From Octopus vulgaris (Eukaryota), in contig OX597827.1 in NCBI GenBank assembly GCA_951406725.2, positions 48,918,001 through 48,982,000 on the forward strand: a stretch of DNA of 64,000 nucleotides, given 5' to 3'. Shown here one piece after another: positions 1 through 14,416 of the stretch. The notes beneath the pieces are model-generated. The model was not told the DNA's origin. It did not search any database and saw only the letters and a list, made by a program, of their open reading frames with translations. Position numbers and translations under genes: made by a program. The stretch's first letter is position 1, and every line of letters begins with the position of its first letter.

Positions 1-793
1 TTAATAGGAGAAGAAAAGAGTGTGCAATACTATGATATTTATTAAACAAATTCCAAATTACTATTTTTTTCTTTTATATCATCTTTTATTTATAATCCTA
101 TGAAAAACAACATCATTTAATTATTAGTCTAAAGTACGCATCACTTCAGATATTCCGTAAGTTTTTCTCTTTTATAATAAAGTAGGAATTTGTAGGGCTG
201 TAAAATTTAATGACAACTTGTGTATAGTTGAATTATCTACTAGTTATTTGCTTGTATTCAAACTAACACAATATAATTTTATTTACTACGTTGATGTTTA
301 TTTTGCTTTTTTTTATCTGATATTTTAGTCTGAATAATCTTAGATTTATTCAATCCCGAATCATTAATAGGAAATCGTGATTGAAAGATAATAATTTCCC
401 TCATCATAATTGCATCATCCTCTGTCTAAACCGAAAATTGAAGATGCCTGTCTTAAAAGTTTTCGTGAACGACACTCAATTACTATCAGCTCTAACAAGA
501 TCAAGAAAATTGGAAAATTCTAAAGTGCGCTGAAGAAACGTAATTGGGTAACGCTACGGTATGTTGACGTGTGCAGAAATAGAGGAATATATACGCCCAA
601 AAGCACACATATACATATGTATATATGTGTGTGTACATACATCCATATATATGGATATATATATATTTATATATATATATACACACATACACACAAACAC
701 ACACACACTCACAAACATATATATTTACTCACGTAAACATACATATATTTCTATATACATACATAGATATTCATATGCGTATATAAATATTTA

Positions 794-831
<38 letters not shown>

Positions 832-890
832 TGCGTGTCTAGGTATATACATACACACGCAGACATACACACACAGACAGACATACACAG

Positions 891-933
<43 letters not shown>

Positions 934-1352
934 CACACTCTCATTCACACGGACAGCTCAAAAACGCTGACAATTACCGATGATAGTGGAAGCCGAGCGA
1001 CAATTGTGAAAATATAAACGTATATAATTTATGCTCCAAATTATAGCTAACAGTACAGTTGAAACAGTTGTCTCTTTATAAATTCTATGTTACAATAACT
1101 ACCTTCGTTAAAGTGAAAATGTTAGTCACAAATGCAGCTTCAATTATATACACAGTTAACTATTCTAAACCGAAACACAAACAGTGTAAGTTTCCAGTCT
1201 TCCATATAAATAGACCAGAGTACAGTTTCAATGTAAAGACGGAGAAATCCGTATACATTTGGATCTTAATATATGAACAGGTTATGTAAATGTTGAAATA
1301 AATGCTGAGCATTTATAACAAAATCATTTACATATATATATATATATATATA

Positions 1353-1741
1353 CTAGCAGTATTGCCCGGCGTTGCTCGGGTTTGTAAGGGAAATAACTAT
1401 ATAAACATTTTTAGAGATGTAAAGTATAATAGCCATCTCAATATGGCTAACCACAAGGGGGGGGGGTGTTACTGTAGCTTTTTACGTTCTGAGATTTAAT
1501 AATAAATTTCTAGTGAGTTACTTCCCTTATATATGCCAAAAATGCATTAAAAATGGGAAAAATTGATGTTATTTTTTTTTAAATTGCAGACTCATCATAG
1601 ACGCGCGCTAATACCCAGAAGGGCTCGATATGAATCACGACTATAAGATACCCGGTTTTGGTTAAACTGCACCGCAAAATGTGGGAGTAAGGAATCTAAA
1701 TCGTAGGAGACAGACAGCACACTCACTTTTATATATAAAGA
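1353..1741 (-). mobile_element. Non-autonomous Helitron (~390 bp)
   Basis: Minus strand A|TC 5' end, CCCGAGCAACGCCGGG hairpin, CTAG|T 3' end; four copies in the window. Confidence 0.8.
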
Positions 1742-2049
1742 TATATATATATATATATGTAGGGTATTGTTCCATGTCGGTAAAATATAGAAAAGTAGTC
1801 CATCTGGTTAGAAAAAATGCCATTTGATAAACACAATATATGTATATATTTTTTATGAGTAACTAATAGTTTCATGCGATGAAAACACCTGGCATTTTAT
1901 AACACTTCTGTTGACTTCGCTCAATGTGTTACATTCTTATGCCACGCAGAAGGATTGTCTGAAGGCAAAAGACATGTCACAAAATGTTGCCTGGGTTGTT
2001 TTCACTGTATGACACTACTATCAGCTGATAATTTTTATACTCTGTATAC

Positions 2050-2470
2050 TCTTTACTCTTTACTCTTTAATCTTTTACTTGTTTCAGTCATTTGACTGCG
2101 GCCATGCTGGAGCACCGCCTTTAATCGAGCAACTCGACCCCAGGACTTATTCTTTTGTAAGCCCAGTACTTATTTTATCGGTCTCTTTTGCCGAACCGCT
2201 AAGTAACGGGGACATAAACACACCAGCATCGGTTGTCAAGCAATGCTAGGGGGACGGCCACAGACACACAAACATATACACACACATATATATATATAAA
2301 TATATATGACAGGCTTCTTTCAGTTTCCGTCTACCAAATCCACTCACAAGGCTTTGGTCGGCCCGAGGCTATAGTAGAAGACACTTACCCAAGGTGCCAC
2401 GCAGTGGGACTGAACCCGGAACTATGTGGTTGGTAAACAAGCTACTTACCACACAGCCACTCCTGCGCCT
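2050..2470 (-). mobile_element. tRNA-derived CORE-type SINE (family A)
   Basis: Head GCAGGAGTGGCTGTGTGGT..GGTTCAGTCCC, CORE-like ACCTTGGG(C/T)AAGTG, tail GACTGAAACAAGTAAAAGA; more than 12 copies in the window. Confidence 0.85.
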
Positions 2471-2490
2471 ATGTTGAAGAATATATATAT

Positions 2491-2790
2491 GTGGAGGCGC
2501 AATGGCCTAGTGGTTAGGGCAGCGGACTCGCGGTCGGAGGATCGCGGTTTCGATTCCCAGACCGGGTGTTGTGTGTGTTTATTGAGCGAAAACACCTAAA
2601 AGCTCCACGAGGCTCCGGCAGGGGGTGGTGATCCCTGCTGTACTCATTCACCACTCTTTCTCACTCTTTCTTCTGTTGGCCTGCTCGATTAGCCAGCGGG
2701 GTGGCGTCGTTCGAAGGCTAAAACAATGCGAACGCATTGTGACCAGCGATGTGTAGCAGCATTTGATGGTCTGGTCGGTCACGTGATCAT
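2491..2790 (+). mobile_element. tRNA-derived SINE family B
   Basis: Head GGAGGCGCAATGGCCTAGTGGTTAGG...GTTTCGATTCCC (A/B boxes); related copies at 53670-53850 and 56640-57030. Confidence 0.75.
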
Positions 2791-2826
<36 letters not shown>

Positions 2827-2899
2827 TGTAGCTGCGGGCTGGACATATACATTGATGAGGTGAATGATGAAATAAGGATGATATTGATGAGAGAAGGCA

Positions 2900-3787
2900 A
2901 AAACCCCCGCCGATTTTCTTCTTCTCTAAAACATTGTTTTGTTTTCTAAACAAAATAAATAAAGCGAGGTATTTAACCTCTCACAACAGTTTTTACTGTC
3001 TTTCGACTTAATAGTCCATTGCAAATATTAACATGCAAATAATATTCAATATACAATCAACACTAGTCCATTTACAAATGAGGCGCTGGGCCTCTTACAC
3101 ATTATAACGCAGGCTTTTCAACCTCTTGTCAAATTTCAACCTCATAATCGCTTGTGTCCGTGTACTCCGCCATAACCAATGCTTCGATTAAAATCACGAG
3201 CGATATTACTCTTTTAGTCCGTCTAGCATTATAAACAGGCGCAACGTTATGCCCTCCACAGGTATCTGCGGAGGCCATTCGGGGTCCTGTATGAAGACCA
3301 AAGATATTCCCTCGTAGTGTTCTTTCACTATCTTTTCCACCTCTCCGCCTCTATAAAAGAAGACCAACAGTTTCTCGTCCATCGTCTGCGGAGCGGTCAA
3401 TTTTACCGTTGGCGGTACAATTCCCGACAATGGTGCCCCCCCCCCTCCTCCGGTTGCACAACCGACGAGGCTCCGTGACATTCCGGCGTCATGTCTCCGA
3501 CTGCCGGCAATGTCCCTTTTCTCCTCCTCTACCTCTTTTTTCTTCTCGACTAGGGGAGGGTGCGTCTTCCCCATGATCCTTCGATGAGCACCCATTATTG
3601 CTCTCCTTCTTCCTTTTGCGGCTCTTCTTTGAGGAATCCTCCGTCTCTTCGCCCGCCTTCATTTCTTCCTCTACAGAGGTCTCCGTCAACCGCTCCAGGA
3701 CTTTGCTTTGCCCTTGAGAACAGTTCTTTTTTATATGGCCAGGCTTCAAGCACCGATGACACTTGGGGGTGAGCGTCCCTCAAAAAT
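2900..3787 (-). pseudogene. Tx1-like ORF1 fragment (zinc knuckle to stop) with downstream UTR
   Basis: EGRSP-KCHRCLKPGHIKKNC (CCHC, frameshifted) followed by a charged linker; stop at 3206; no ORF2 follows. Left boundary approximate. Confidence 0.6.
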
Positions 3788-3853
3788 TATATTATAACTC
3801 ATTTATATATATAGATACATAATACACGCATAAATATGCATAGTGTGTGTATG

Positions 3854-3927
<74 letters not shown>

Positions 3928-4683
3928 CCTGTGTGTGTGTGTGTGTGTCTTTGTGCGTGTGTATACATATATACATACACACGTGCGCACACATTTGTTT
4001 CACTGTGTGTATGTATATATATATATATACATACATATATATATATATTCATATATATATTCATATATATATATATATATATATATTCATATATATATAT
4101 ATATATATATATATAAAGAGAGATTGAGAGAGACAGACAGACAGATAGGTAAATAGGTAGATAGAAATATAGATATATATATACATATACATACGTGTGT
4201 GTGTATCCGCGCGTGCGAGTTTTTATATATTGAGATATTCTGTAAGATATATTAATGTGCACACGTGCTCTTGAGAAATCTACGAAGACAATCATTAAAC
4301 AATTCTTGACGTTATCAAGCTTGAAAAAGAAAAACTACATATACCGGGGGCACTCAACACTCAAGCAACGAAACACATGTTGTACATATCTCAGCTGTAT
4401 ATTCCGCTGATTCATTCTTTTAACTGCAATTGTATTCAAAGACGAAAACTCTTAATTGTTACTTCATTGTTTCATGTACACATTCGTAAAATAGAAATCA
4501 CACATTTATTCGTCTGCAAACTCGTACACAGTCACATACAGAATTTGGCAGATACAGGCGAACATAGTCCACACACGTATACATGCAGACCCTCCCAAAT
4601 GTAATCATATATAAATACATATATATATATATACATACATACATACATACATACATACATACATACATACATACATACATACA

Positions 4684-4730
<47 letters not shown>

Positions 4731-5052
4731 TATGATATGTAAAAAAATACAAACTGTGACAAGAACGCATAACACTTAGAAGACGATACAACAAACACAG
4801 ACAGGACATTCGAAGCCCTCAGTCTTCAGTCAAGAACCGGATCATCGTAGTAATTTCGGAAGGTGACCCACTCTACGCGCGGGTAAGAGTGTGGTTGTTA
4901 CTTTCTGTTGCTTCTTTTGTTTCTTATCGCCACATTTTCCCTCTTTGTTTCTCTCTCCTTTCTTTCTTCTTTTCCCACTCTCCCACTGTCCCACTCCCTC
5001 GATTTCTCTTACTCTCTATCTTTCTCTATCTTTCTCCCATTTATAACAAAAT

Positions 5053-5412
5053 CTAGCAGTATCGCCCGGCGTTGCTCGGGTTTGTAATATAGCCAAAAAA
5101 TAGCAAAAAAATGGAAAAAAAATTATGGTAATTTTTTTTTTACATCGTTGACTCATCGTAGACATTTTTAGAGAGTTACTTCCCTTATATAATAGCGAAA
5201 AAATGCATTAAAATGGAAAAAAATGATGGTAATTTTTTTTTTTAAATCGTAGACTCATCTTAGACGCGTACTAATACCCAGAAGGGCTCGATATGAATCA
5301 CGACTATAAGATACCCGCTTTTGGTTAAACTGCACCGCAAAATGTGGGAGTAGTTAGGAATTTAAGTCGTAGGAGACAGACCCTCACACAACTTCACTTT
5401 TATATATAAAGA
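5053..5412 (-). mobile_element. Non-autonomous Helitron
   Basis: Same termini and body as 1353-1741. Confidence 0.8.
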
Positions 5413-5660
5413 TTAGATTTCCGCGCTTAAATTACAAATCCGCTTCCACTTTACCATGTTGAAAATTTGATTGACATCGAGCAAAAGGTTTCCAATCTAG
5501 ACCCCCGAGTGATCAATAAAACTCTGTTTTCGCACCAATTTCCCAATCAATTTATCACCTCAAGTTACACCCTCCTGTAAATTTCAATCCCATTCCAGCC
5601 CCATTTAGACCCATTTATACATAAAAATCCAAATTGTATCAACGTTCGCCTTCTTCATTC

Positions 5661-6728
5661 AAATAACTTCGCGGTTCGCCATAGATAATCGATAAAATAA
5701 CTTAGCCATTCGCCAAACATGATCGATTAAATAACTTAGCGGTTGGCCAAAGAAATCGATAAAATAACATAGCGATTCGCCAAACATGATCAATTAAATA
5801 ACTTAGCGGTTGGCCAAAGAAATCGATAAAATAAGTTAGCGGTTCGCCAAAAGAGATTGATAAAATAACAACTCATTTGGCGAACTGCTAGGTAATTCTA
5901 TCGCATCCCTTTGGCGAGCCGCTAGGTTATTTTATTGATATCCTTTTGCGAACAGTTATTTTATCGATCTCCTTTGGCAAACCGCCAAGTTATTTATCGT
6001 TATCCTTTGACGAAATGCTAAGTTATTTTATCGATCACGTTTGGCGAACCGCTAAGTCATTTTATCCATAGCGATTGGCGAACAGCTACAGTTTTATCGA
6101 TCTCCAAGGCGAACCGCTATCTTATTTTATCGATCTCGTAGGCGAACCGCTAAGTTATTTTATCGATCTCTGGCTAACCGCTAAATAATTTTATCGATTT
6201 GCTTTGGCGAACCACTAAGTTATTTTATCGATATCCTTTGGCGTACCGCTAGAGTATTTTATCGATCCTGTTTGGCGAACTAATAAGTCATGTTATCGAT
6301 CTCCTTTGGCGAACCGTTAAGTTATTTTATCGATTTTCTTTGGTGAACCGCTAGGGTATTTTATCGACCTTCTTTGACGAACCACTAAGTTATTTTCTCA
6401 ATACTTTTAGCGAACCGCTAGTGTGTTTCATCGAACTCCCTTGGCGAACCGCTAGCTTATTTTATCGATCCCCTTTGATGAACCGCTGAGTTATTTTATC
6501 GATATCTTTTGGCGAACCGCTAATTTATTTTATCGACCTTTGACGAACCGCTATGTTATTTTATCGACCTCCTTTGGCGAACCGCTAGGATATTTTATCG
6601 ATAACGTTTGACGAACCGCTAAGTTATTTTTTCGATTTTGATTGGTGAACCGCTAAGTTATTTATTCGATTATGTTTGGCGAACCGCTTAGTTATATTAT
6701 CGAACTTCTTCGAAGAACCGCTAAGTTA
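5661..6728. repeat. ~38-40-bp minisatellite with an orientation switch near 5872
   Basis: Units AAATAACTTAGCGGTTCGCCAAAGGAGATCGATA forward at 5661-5869, and about 20 reverse-complement units at 5876-6728. Confidence 0.9.
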
Positions 6729-7023
6729 TCCCAGGCCTTGCACAGGCTTAAAATAGTTTATTATTGTTTTTTCTTCTTCCGGTATTAAAACCCGATTTCA
6801 TTCTGGTCTATGCGGGCCACAGTTTTAAAGATGAGAAATTTTACCCTAGACGCTATGCCTTTCAATTGAGCAAACTCAAAGTTGCCATGCAAACTCGCTA
6901 CCACTTTCAACATCAATCCAAGCACATATGCACATAATATATATACATATATATATACGCATTATATATACATGTCTACAGACACACACACACACACACA
7001 AATATATATATATAAAGCTATAC

Positions 7024-7078
<55 letters not shown>

Positions 7079-7321
7079 GTATATATATATGTATACACAT
7101 TATATATATATTTACATACACACATATATATATAAATTAACACAATATATCTGATTAATAATAACTGCTATGATTGTGCAGTGCTAAATTCACCGTACTA
7201 AAGACCTGTGGCGGGAATATTTAAACTTTTACGGCTGTCAAAGATTCCTCTCTATAGATACAGACAGACGCACAGTGAGATAGGTGGTGGGAGAAGAGTG
7301 ACAGAGAGAGACGGCGAGACC

Positions 7322-7540
7322 GGTAAAATAACTAGCAGTTCGCCAGAGAGCGATAAAATAACTTAGCGGTTCGCCAACCAAGATCGATAAAATAACCTAG
7401 CGGTTCGCCATCAAGATCGATAAAATATTTTAGCGGTTCGCCAAAGGAGATCAATAAAATGGCATAGCGGCTCGCCAAAGGAGATCGATAAAATAACTCA
7501 GCGGTTCGGCAATTGAGAACGATAAAATAACTTAGCGGTT
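7322..7540 (+). repeat. Same ~39-bp minisatellite, forward orientation
   Basis: About 6 units of GATAAAATAACTTAGCGGTTCGCCA. Confidence 0.85.
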
Positions 7541-8369
7541 ATTTATGTAATATAAATTATATAAATATGAAATTATTTCTATATTCTCCATCCCTATATT
7601 GTGTAAAATACTAAAATTATTCTGATTCTTTGAAAAATCTCTTTAAAATGTACCTATTTATTTAAATCACCATTAGGATTATGGCTGTTAAATGGTTAAG
7701 TATTATAAGTTTTTTTACTCTCCCTACCCCATCAGCTTTAGCCTACTAATTTTTTCTGAAATATATTCTACTGAACCCAAATGGTTTCTACTTCAAAGCG
7801 ATCTTGATTTATGGGTCTGCCACTTAAACTGTCTTTTTCTCTATCTATAACAGATAGATTCTTGTTTTTCCACTAGACCTGGTAAACTAGTCTTAACCTC
7901 CCCCGCCCCCAGTAGTAAATCTAAATAACAAAGTAAAATCAATGATAAGCAGTGTCTTCATGAAACAATATCAGTTACTACTATGATTTTGTTGACGAAA
8001 CTTGTTTCTCTGTCTACCTACTTACGTTCTTTGTGATTTTGGTTAATGGAATAACTATAAAAATGAACGATTTAAATTTAACTAAATTCTATATTTTTAT
8101 GCAGCTGAAGATTGCTCTACATTTTAAAACTGATGTAATACTTGCATTGTTCAATTAAATGGAGTCGCATGAAACGGTCGTACTGCATTACCTCTGGATA
8201 TTCTTGTTGCTTATTTTGATCATATATATATATATATGTCTGTCTGTGTATACTATACCTTGATGTGTTTGTACGCGTTATCCTACGCAGATAAAACTAC
8301 ATACCCACTCGTACAAACTCAGAGATGCACACACTTTTAGGTAATCGAACGCTTCTCTAGATAGATAGG

Positions 8370-8448
<79 letters not shown>

Positions 8449-8759
8449 CATTAATACTTTCGCACGCTTTCTCATTGTACATGCATGAAGAATGATCTAC
8501 TCATTTTTCATTGAGCTAAAGTTCAAACTTTAAAATTTCTTCCTTAATTCTTCCTTTATTAGTTTTGAACAGGAACTTTCTTAAATGTATCAACGTCTCA
8601 AGATCTTTCAGAAAGACAATTAATTACATGTTAGATCTGGCAAATACCGTAGTTTTGCGAAGTGAAAACCACAAATTGCATATCAGCGCATTCTCTGGTA
8701 GCTGATTCAATTACATTTTAAAGTCCGCGCAATGTGAAAGCAATATGGAATAAGCGCAT

Positions 8760-8851
<92 letters not shown>

Positions 8852-8861
8852 ATATATATAC

Positions 8862-8912
<51 letters not shown>

Positions 8913-8914
<2 letters not shown>

Positions 8915-11590
8915 GTACGAGAAGAGATGTCAGATAGAAGAAGTACAAGATTTGAGTGAAGTTATGTAATATGTAGCTGAATGCATCGTCATAGATGTTG
9001 AAGTGTCATTTTTCATGTATTTCTCTGTGGACAGATAAAGGACAGCGATAAGAAACGAATAGCGAGGTAAATTATTCCACCATTTTCATGTGTACAAAAA
9101 TTAGGAATGTTTAAGTTTGCCATTTACATATTACGTATTACACAGATTCCCTTACAACTTATCCTGTTTCTGTGTAACTCTAAGCTTATCTCCTGTCTTA
9201 GCTGCCTAAATAATTGATTAGTACTTAATTGAATTAACTTAACTGACATTCCGTCAGTTGCGACGACGACTGTTCTAGCTGACCCAATCAACGGACTACT
9301 CTGCTTGTGATATCAATGTGCAAGTGTCGGAGCATTCCACAGACACGAGTAACCTTAACTGAGTTTTCAGGAAGATTCAACGTGACAACGTTACAGGTAC
9401 AACTCATTTTTGCCACCTAAGAGGACTAGAGCAACATGAAATGAAGTCTCTTGCTTAAGGCAACAATGCAACACCAGGAACCGAACCCACAACCTTCCGA
9501 TTACATGCAAAAGTACCAACATCATCTAACCGCTGGCACCATATGAATTATTGTTTCGCAGGCCTCTCTACCCATCAGTAAACAGCTTCCTTTCTGATTT
9601 CTATAAATAAGTTCTCGTGCTAGTGTGAGATTCATCGGTTCAGGCGATGGTCAGCTTCAACAGTGGAGACATACAACGAGGCCGAAACACTTCATTGCCT
9701 AGGAGCCTCCTTATGCCGAAGAGTCAACGAATCATGAGTGTTAAAGTCACACATCGTCTAAATGAGAGTAATCAGATATTCATGTTTGAACGAAATAAGA
9801 ATACACAGACACTTCAAAATTATAGAAGCTGGGGTGGGCTAAGTGACTGAATTGAGGACGTACAGAGCCATGTAAACATTGATGTCGCGCTTCAATTCCC
9901 AGTTGTTCGAGCCATTTTTTAAAATGCTTAGCGGTATTTCGTCTGTCTTTAATTCTGAGTTCAAATTTTGCCGACGTCGATTTTGCTTTCATCTTTTCGG
10001 AGGTCGATAAATTAAGTACCAGTTATGTCATCGACTGGACCCCCTCCGAAAAATCTCGGCGCCTTGTGCGATGATTTGAAAAAAATGTTATAGAATTGCC
10101 GAGGCAGGGATGAGAATGCCTGTGAAAAATATCTTGCTTCCAACCACATGGTTCGGGTTCAGTCCTGATGAATCTGGCACTCGGGTAATTGGTCTTTGAT
10201 TTAATTTAATCAGGGTTTACCATTAAACAGTAGATGAAACGGTGCATCGTATAAGAAATTACAGGGTAAATGTTTTTTTTAATTTTCTCCTGGTTTACGG
10301 AATTGATGTTATTTTGCGGTTGAAGCTTTTGGCTGTTATTTCTAGTGGGTGAATGGCCTATTATGGCCGTTCCTTGATTGTGATGTATACATATATATAT
10401 ATATATATATAGTACGAGAAGAGATGTCAGATAGAAGAAGTACAAGATTTGAGTGAAGTTATGTAATATGTAGCTGAATGCATCGTCATAGATGTTGAAG
10501 TGTCATTTTTCATGTATTTCTCTGTGGACAGATAAAGGACAGCGATAAGAAACGAATAGCGAGGTAAATTATTCCACCATTTTCATGTGTACAAAAATTA
10601 GGAATGTTTAAGTTTGCCATTTACATATTACGTATTACACAGATTCCCTTACAATTTATCCTGTTTCTGTGTAACTCTAAGCTTATCTCCTGTCTTAGCT
10701 GCCTAAATAATTGATTAGTACTTAATTGAATTAACTTAACTGACATTCCGTCAGTTGCGACGACGACTGTTCTAGCTGACCCAATCAACGGACTACTCTG
10801 CTTGTGATATCAATGTGCAAGTGTCGGAGCATTCCACAGACACAATACTTGAAATAGTTTATATATTAGTTTCAAATGAAATGATTAATTCTGGGTTAAC
10901 TCAGAATTTGCCACCTAAGAGGACTAGAGCAACATGAAATGAAGTCTCTTGCTTAAGGCAACAATGCAACACCAGGAACCGAACCCACAACCTTCCGATT
11001 ACATGCAAAAGTACCAACATCATCTAACCGCTTGCACCATATGAATTATTGTTTCGCAGGCCTCTCTACCCATCAGTAAACAGCTTCCTTTCTGATTTCT
11101 ATAAATAAGTTCTCGTGCTAGCGTGAGATTCATCGGTTCAGGCGATGGTCAGCTTCAACAGTGGAGACATACAACGAGGCCGAAACACTTCATTGCCTAG
11201 GAGCCTCCTTATGCCGAAGAGTCAACGAATCATGAGTGTTAAAGTCACACATCGTCTAAATGAGAGTAATCAGATATTCATGTTTGAACGAAATAAGAAT
11301 ACACAGACACTTCAAAATTATAGAAGCTGGGGTGGGCTAAGTGACTGAATTGAGGACGTACAGAGCCATGTAAACATTGATGTCGTGTTCAATTCCTAGT
11401 TGTTCGAGCCATTTTTTAAAATGCTTAGCGGTATTTCGTCTGTCTTTATGTTCTGAGTTCAAATTCTGCCGACGTCGATTTTGCTTTCATCTTTTCGAGG
11501 TCGATAAATTAAGTACCAGTTATGTCATCGACTGGACCCCCTCCACAAAAATCTCGGGCCTTGTGCCTAGAGTAGAAAAAATGTTATAGA
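8913..11590 (+). repeat. ~1.5-kb tandem duplication (8913-10080 vs 10410-11590)
   Basis: Identical ORFs at 9647 and 11145 (offset 1498). Each copy starts right after a (TA)n tract. Confidence 0.85.
10096..10385 (+). mobile_element. Partial copy of the 484-bp hammerhead repeat (3' part)
   Basis: 10197-10385 matches the unit (GATGAAACGGTGCATCGTATAAGAAAT ... CCTTGATTGTGAT) and ends at the same position as the 52338 end, just before a (TA)n tract. The 5' part is a mosaic with SINE sequence. Confidence 0.75.
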
Positions 11591-11592
11591 AG

Positions 11593-11980
11593 GGGCAGGA
11601 GTGCCTGTATGGTAAGTAGCTTGCTTCCAACCACATGGTTCCGGGTTCAGTCCCATTGCGTGGCACTCGGGTAATTGTCTTCTACTATAGCCTCGGGCCG
11701 ACCAAAGCCCTGTGAGTAGATTTGGTAGACGAAAACTGAAAGAAGCCCGTCGTATATATGTATATATACATATGTGTGTGTTTGTCCCCCAACATCGCTT
11801 GACAACCGATGCTGGTGTGTTTGCGTCCCCGTAAACTAGCGGTTCGGCAAAAGAGACCGATAGAATAAGCACTAGGCTTACAAAGAATAAGTCCTAGATT
11901 CGATTTGCTCGACTAAAGGCGGTGCTCCAGCATGCGCGTAGTCAAATGAGTGAAACAAGTAAAAGAGTAAAAGAGAGAGT
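11593..11980 (+). mobile_element. SINE family A
   Basis: Full-length match to family A. Confidence 0.85.
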
Positions 11981-12475
11981 AAGCTGGAATTATGTATTCT
12001 TTGATTTAGCTTATTTGATCGGTGATATGCCCATTAGTTACGCATGCTACAGCGAGAAGAATAAAGCGTACACCGTATCCACGGGAAGCTCTAATAAGGC
12101 TGAAATGTTCTACCATATGGCTCCCTCAAATTCTGACCACAGATATATATGCAAAAAAAATATCACATGTAGTATGTCATTTTAAAGGGCACCGTCAGTC
12201 ATATCTTGTACAGTATATATACATTTATGAGCACCGTATTTAATTGTAACAACCTTAGGACAATAACACAGACAGGTGCGCACATACGTGCGTGCATGCA
12301 CACACACAGACGTCATTTCGAAATACAAATGCAGAAATTCAACTCAATACTTGAAATAGTTTATATATTAGTTTCAAATGAAATGATTAATTCTGGGTTA
12401 ACTCAGAATTTCATGCCTTGGTTTTACACGCACGCACACGCACACACACACACGCACACACACATACACATATAT

Positions 12476-12547
<72 letters not shown>

Positions 12548-12572
12548 CAGACACACAGACACACAGACAGAC

Positions 12573-12612
<40 letters not shown>

Positions 12613-13125
12613 GGATAGATAGATAGATAGATAGATAGATGATGGATAGATGCATGGATGGATGGATGATGTATGGATGGATGGATGGACAGACAGACGG
12701 ATGGATGGATGGATGGATGGCTAGAGTGATAGATAAAGAGATATATAGATAGATGGATAGATGGATAGATGGATAGATAGATAGATGGATGGATGGATGG
12801 ATGGATGGGTGGATGGACAAACGGGTGGATGGATGGATTGATAGATTGACAGATAGATAAACAATTTCAACCAAAGTGTTTTCTAACACCATTATTCTAC
12901 ACGCTATTGTTTGCTCCTTTATCTATCTTCAAAAAACGGTTTATTCATATCAAATAACCAAATTTTGTAACACTTCATATCATACGTATATTTGCCTGTA
13001 TGTGCGTCCTTGCGTGTATTCACATGTATATGTGCGGTGTGTGTGTGTGTGTGAGTGTACGCGCGCGTGCGTATGTGTGTGTTTGTATGTATGTGTGCGT
13101 ACGTGTGTGTATGTATGTATATATG

Positions 13126-13158
<33 letters not shown>

Positions 13159-13991
13159 GTTGGTTCTAAAGACCTGAAACTTTGGGTTTTGACTAAGCTA
13201 ATAACGTCGACCCCAATATTCAAATAATACTTAATTTATCGACCCCGAAATGAGGAAATATAAACTTGGCCCCAGCGGAATTTGAACTCAGAAAATGAAG
13301 TCGGATAAAATTCCGCTAAGCTTTTTGCCCGTACAAACAACGATTATTACCGGCTCGCTGCTTTATGAGCCAGAAATATTTTTTTTTTTTCTAATTTTTG
13401 CACAAGATGAGCAAGTTCGGGGGAGGGGTAAGTCGATTACATTGACCCCCTAGTGCTCAACTGGTACTTATTTTATCGTTCCGGTAACATGAAACGTAAA
13501 GTCGGCCTCGGCAGAATTCGAACTCAGAAAGCGCCATATCAACGATGCTACCAGCTCGCTGCTTTAAATGAGCTGGAAATATTAGTAAAACATTTTAGCA
13601 AAAGTGATGTCTCATATCTTTTGACAAAAGTATACCGTAAATGTTTCTTTTCATTGACATGTAATCCAGGCTCATAACAATTAATATTTTCTACAGACAT
13701 ATCTTTTCAGGCCACCAATAGATTAACAATGTTCATTAAATGATTGTTGGCTACATATTATTTCAGGCGGCGAATATCTATTATTCATCTGCTTTAGTTA
13801 ATGTCTCCTTTTGTGGCTAATGGCGTCAGTTTTAAAAGACAAAACACGTTTTCTAGTTAAACACTCAAGAGCATTTTAATCTATATGTTTCTTTTTCTCT
13901 TTTTTTTTTCTCATAGCACCTGGTATCAAGTTTCCTTGATTAATGTGAGCGTGCATCTATATATGTTTATTATATCTATGCTTCTATAGTT

Positions 13992-14037
<46 letters not shown>

Positions 14038-14052
14038 ACAGCAACACACATA

Positions 14053-14245
14053 CAGAGTGTTCTTGAATTATTTTTACAGTTTGGAAAATTCAGATCCAAA
14101 ATGGAAAATGAGAATAAGTCAACAAAGTTTCTTCGAAGGCATTGGCAAATAGATAAAAGTTTAATTGGACACGTAAGAACACTTCGACACTGTCTCCACT
14201 GGTGACATACTACACATCTAGTAAAGATGATTTATGGACACCCTG
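14053..14245. mobile_element. Tc1-like MITE
   Basis: TA|CAGAGTGTTC ... GGACACCCTG|TA imperfect TIRs with TA flanks. Confidence 0.4.
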
Positions 14246-14256
14246 TATATACACAC

Positions 14257-14288
<32 letters not shown>

Positions 14289-14372
14289 ATGTGTGTGTGT
14301 GTGTCTTTATACATGTATATACATATATATATATCTAATCATATATGTATGGATATATATATATATACATAT

Positions 14373-14405
<33 letters not shown>

Positions 14406-14416
14406 AACATATATAT

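Noticed and set aside
2491-2570. tRNA genes at SINE heads
   Set aside because: No complete cloverleaf; they continue into repeated SINE bodies.
4790-4860. CTGAAGA (minus strand) as another hammerhead
   Set aside because: No properly placed GAAA, stem III or stem I found; possibly a Penelope-like terminus but unsupported.
5661-6728. CRISPR-like array of ~39-bp repeats
   Set aside because: Units are contiguous and degenerate with no unique spacers, there are no cas genes, the context is eukaryotic, and the unit matches a SINE segment.
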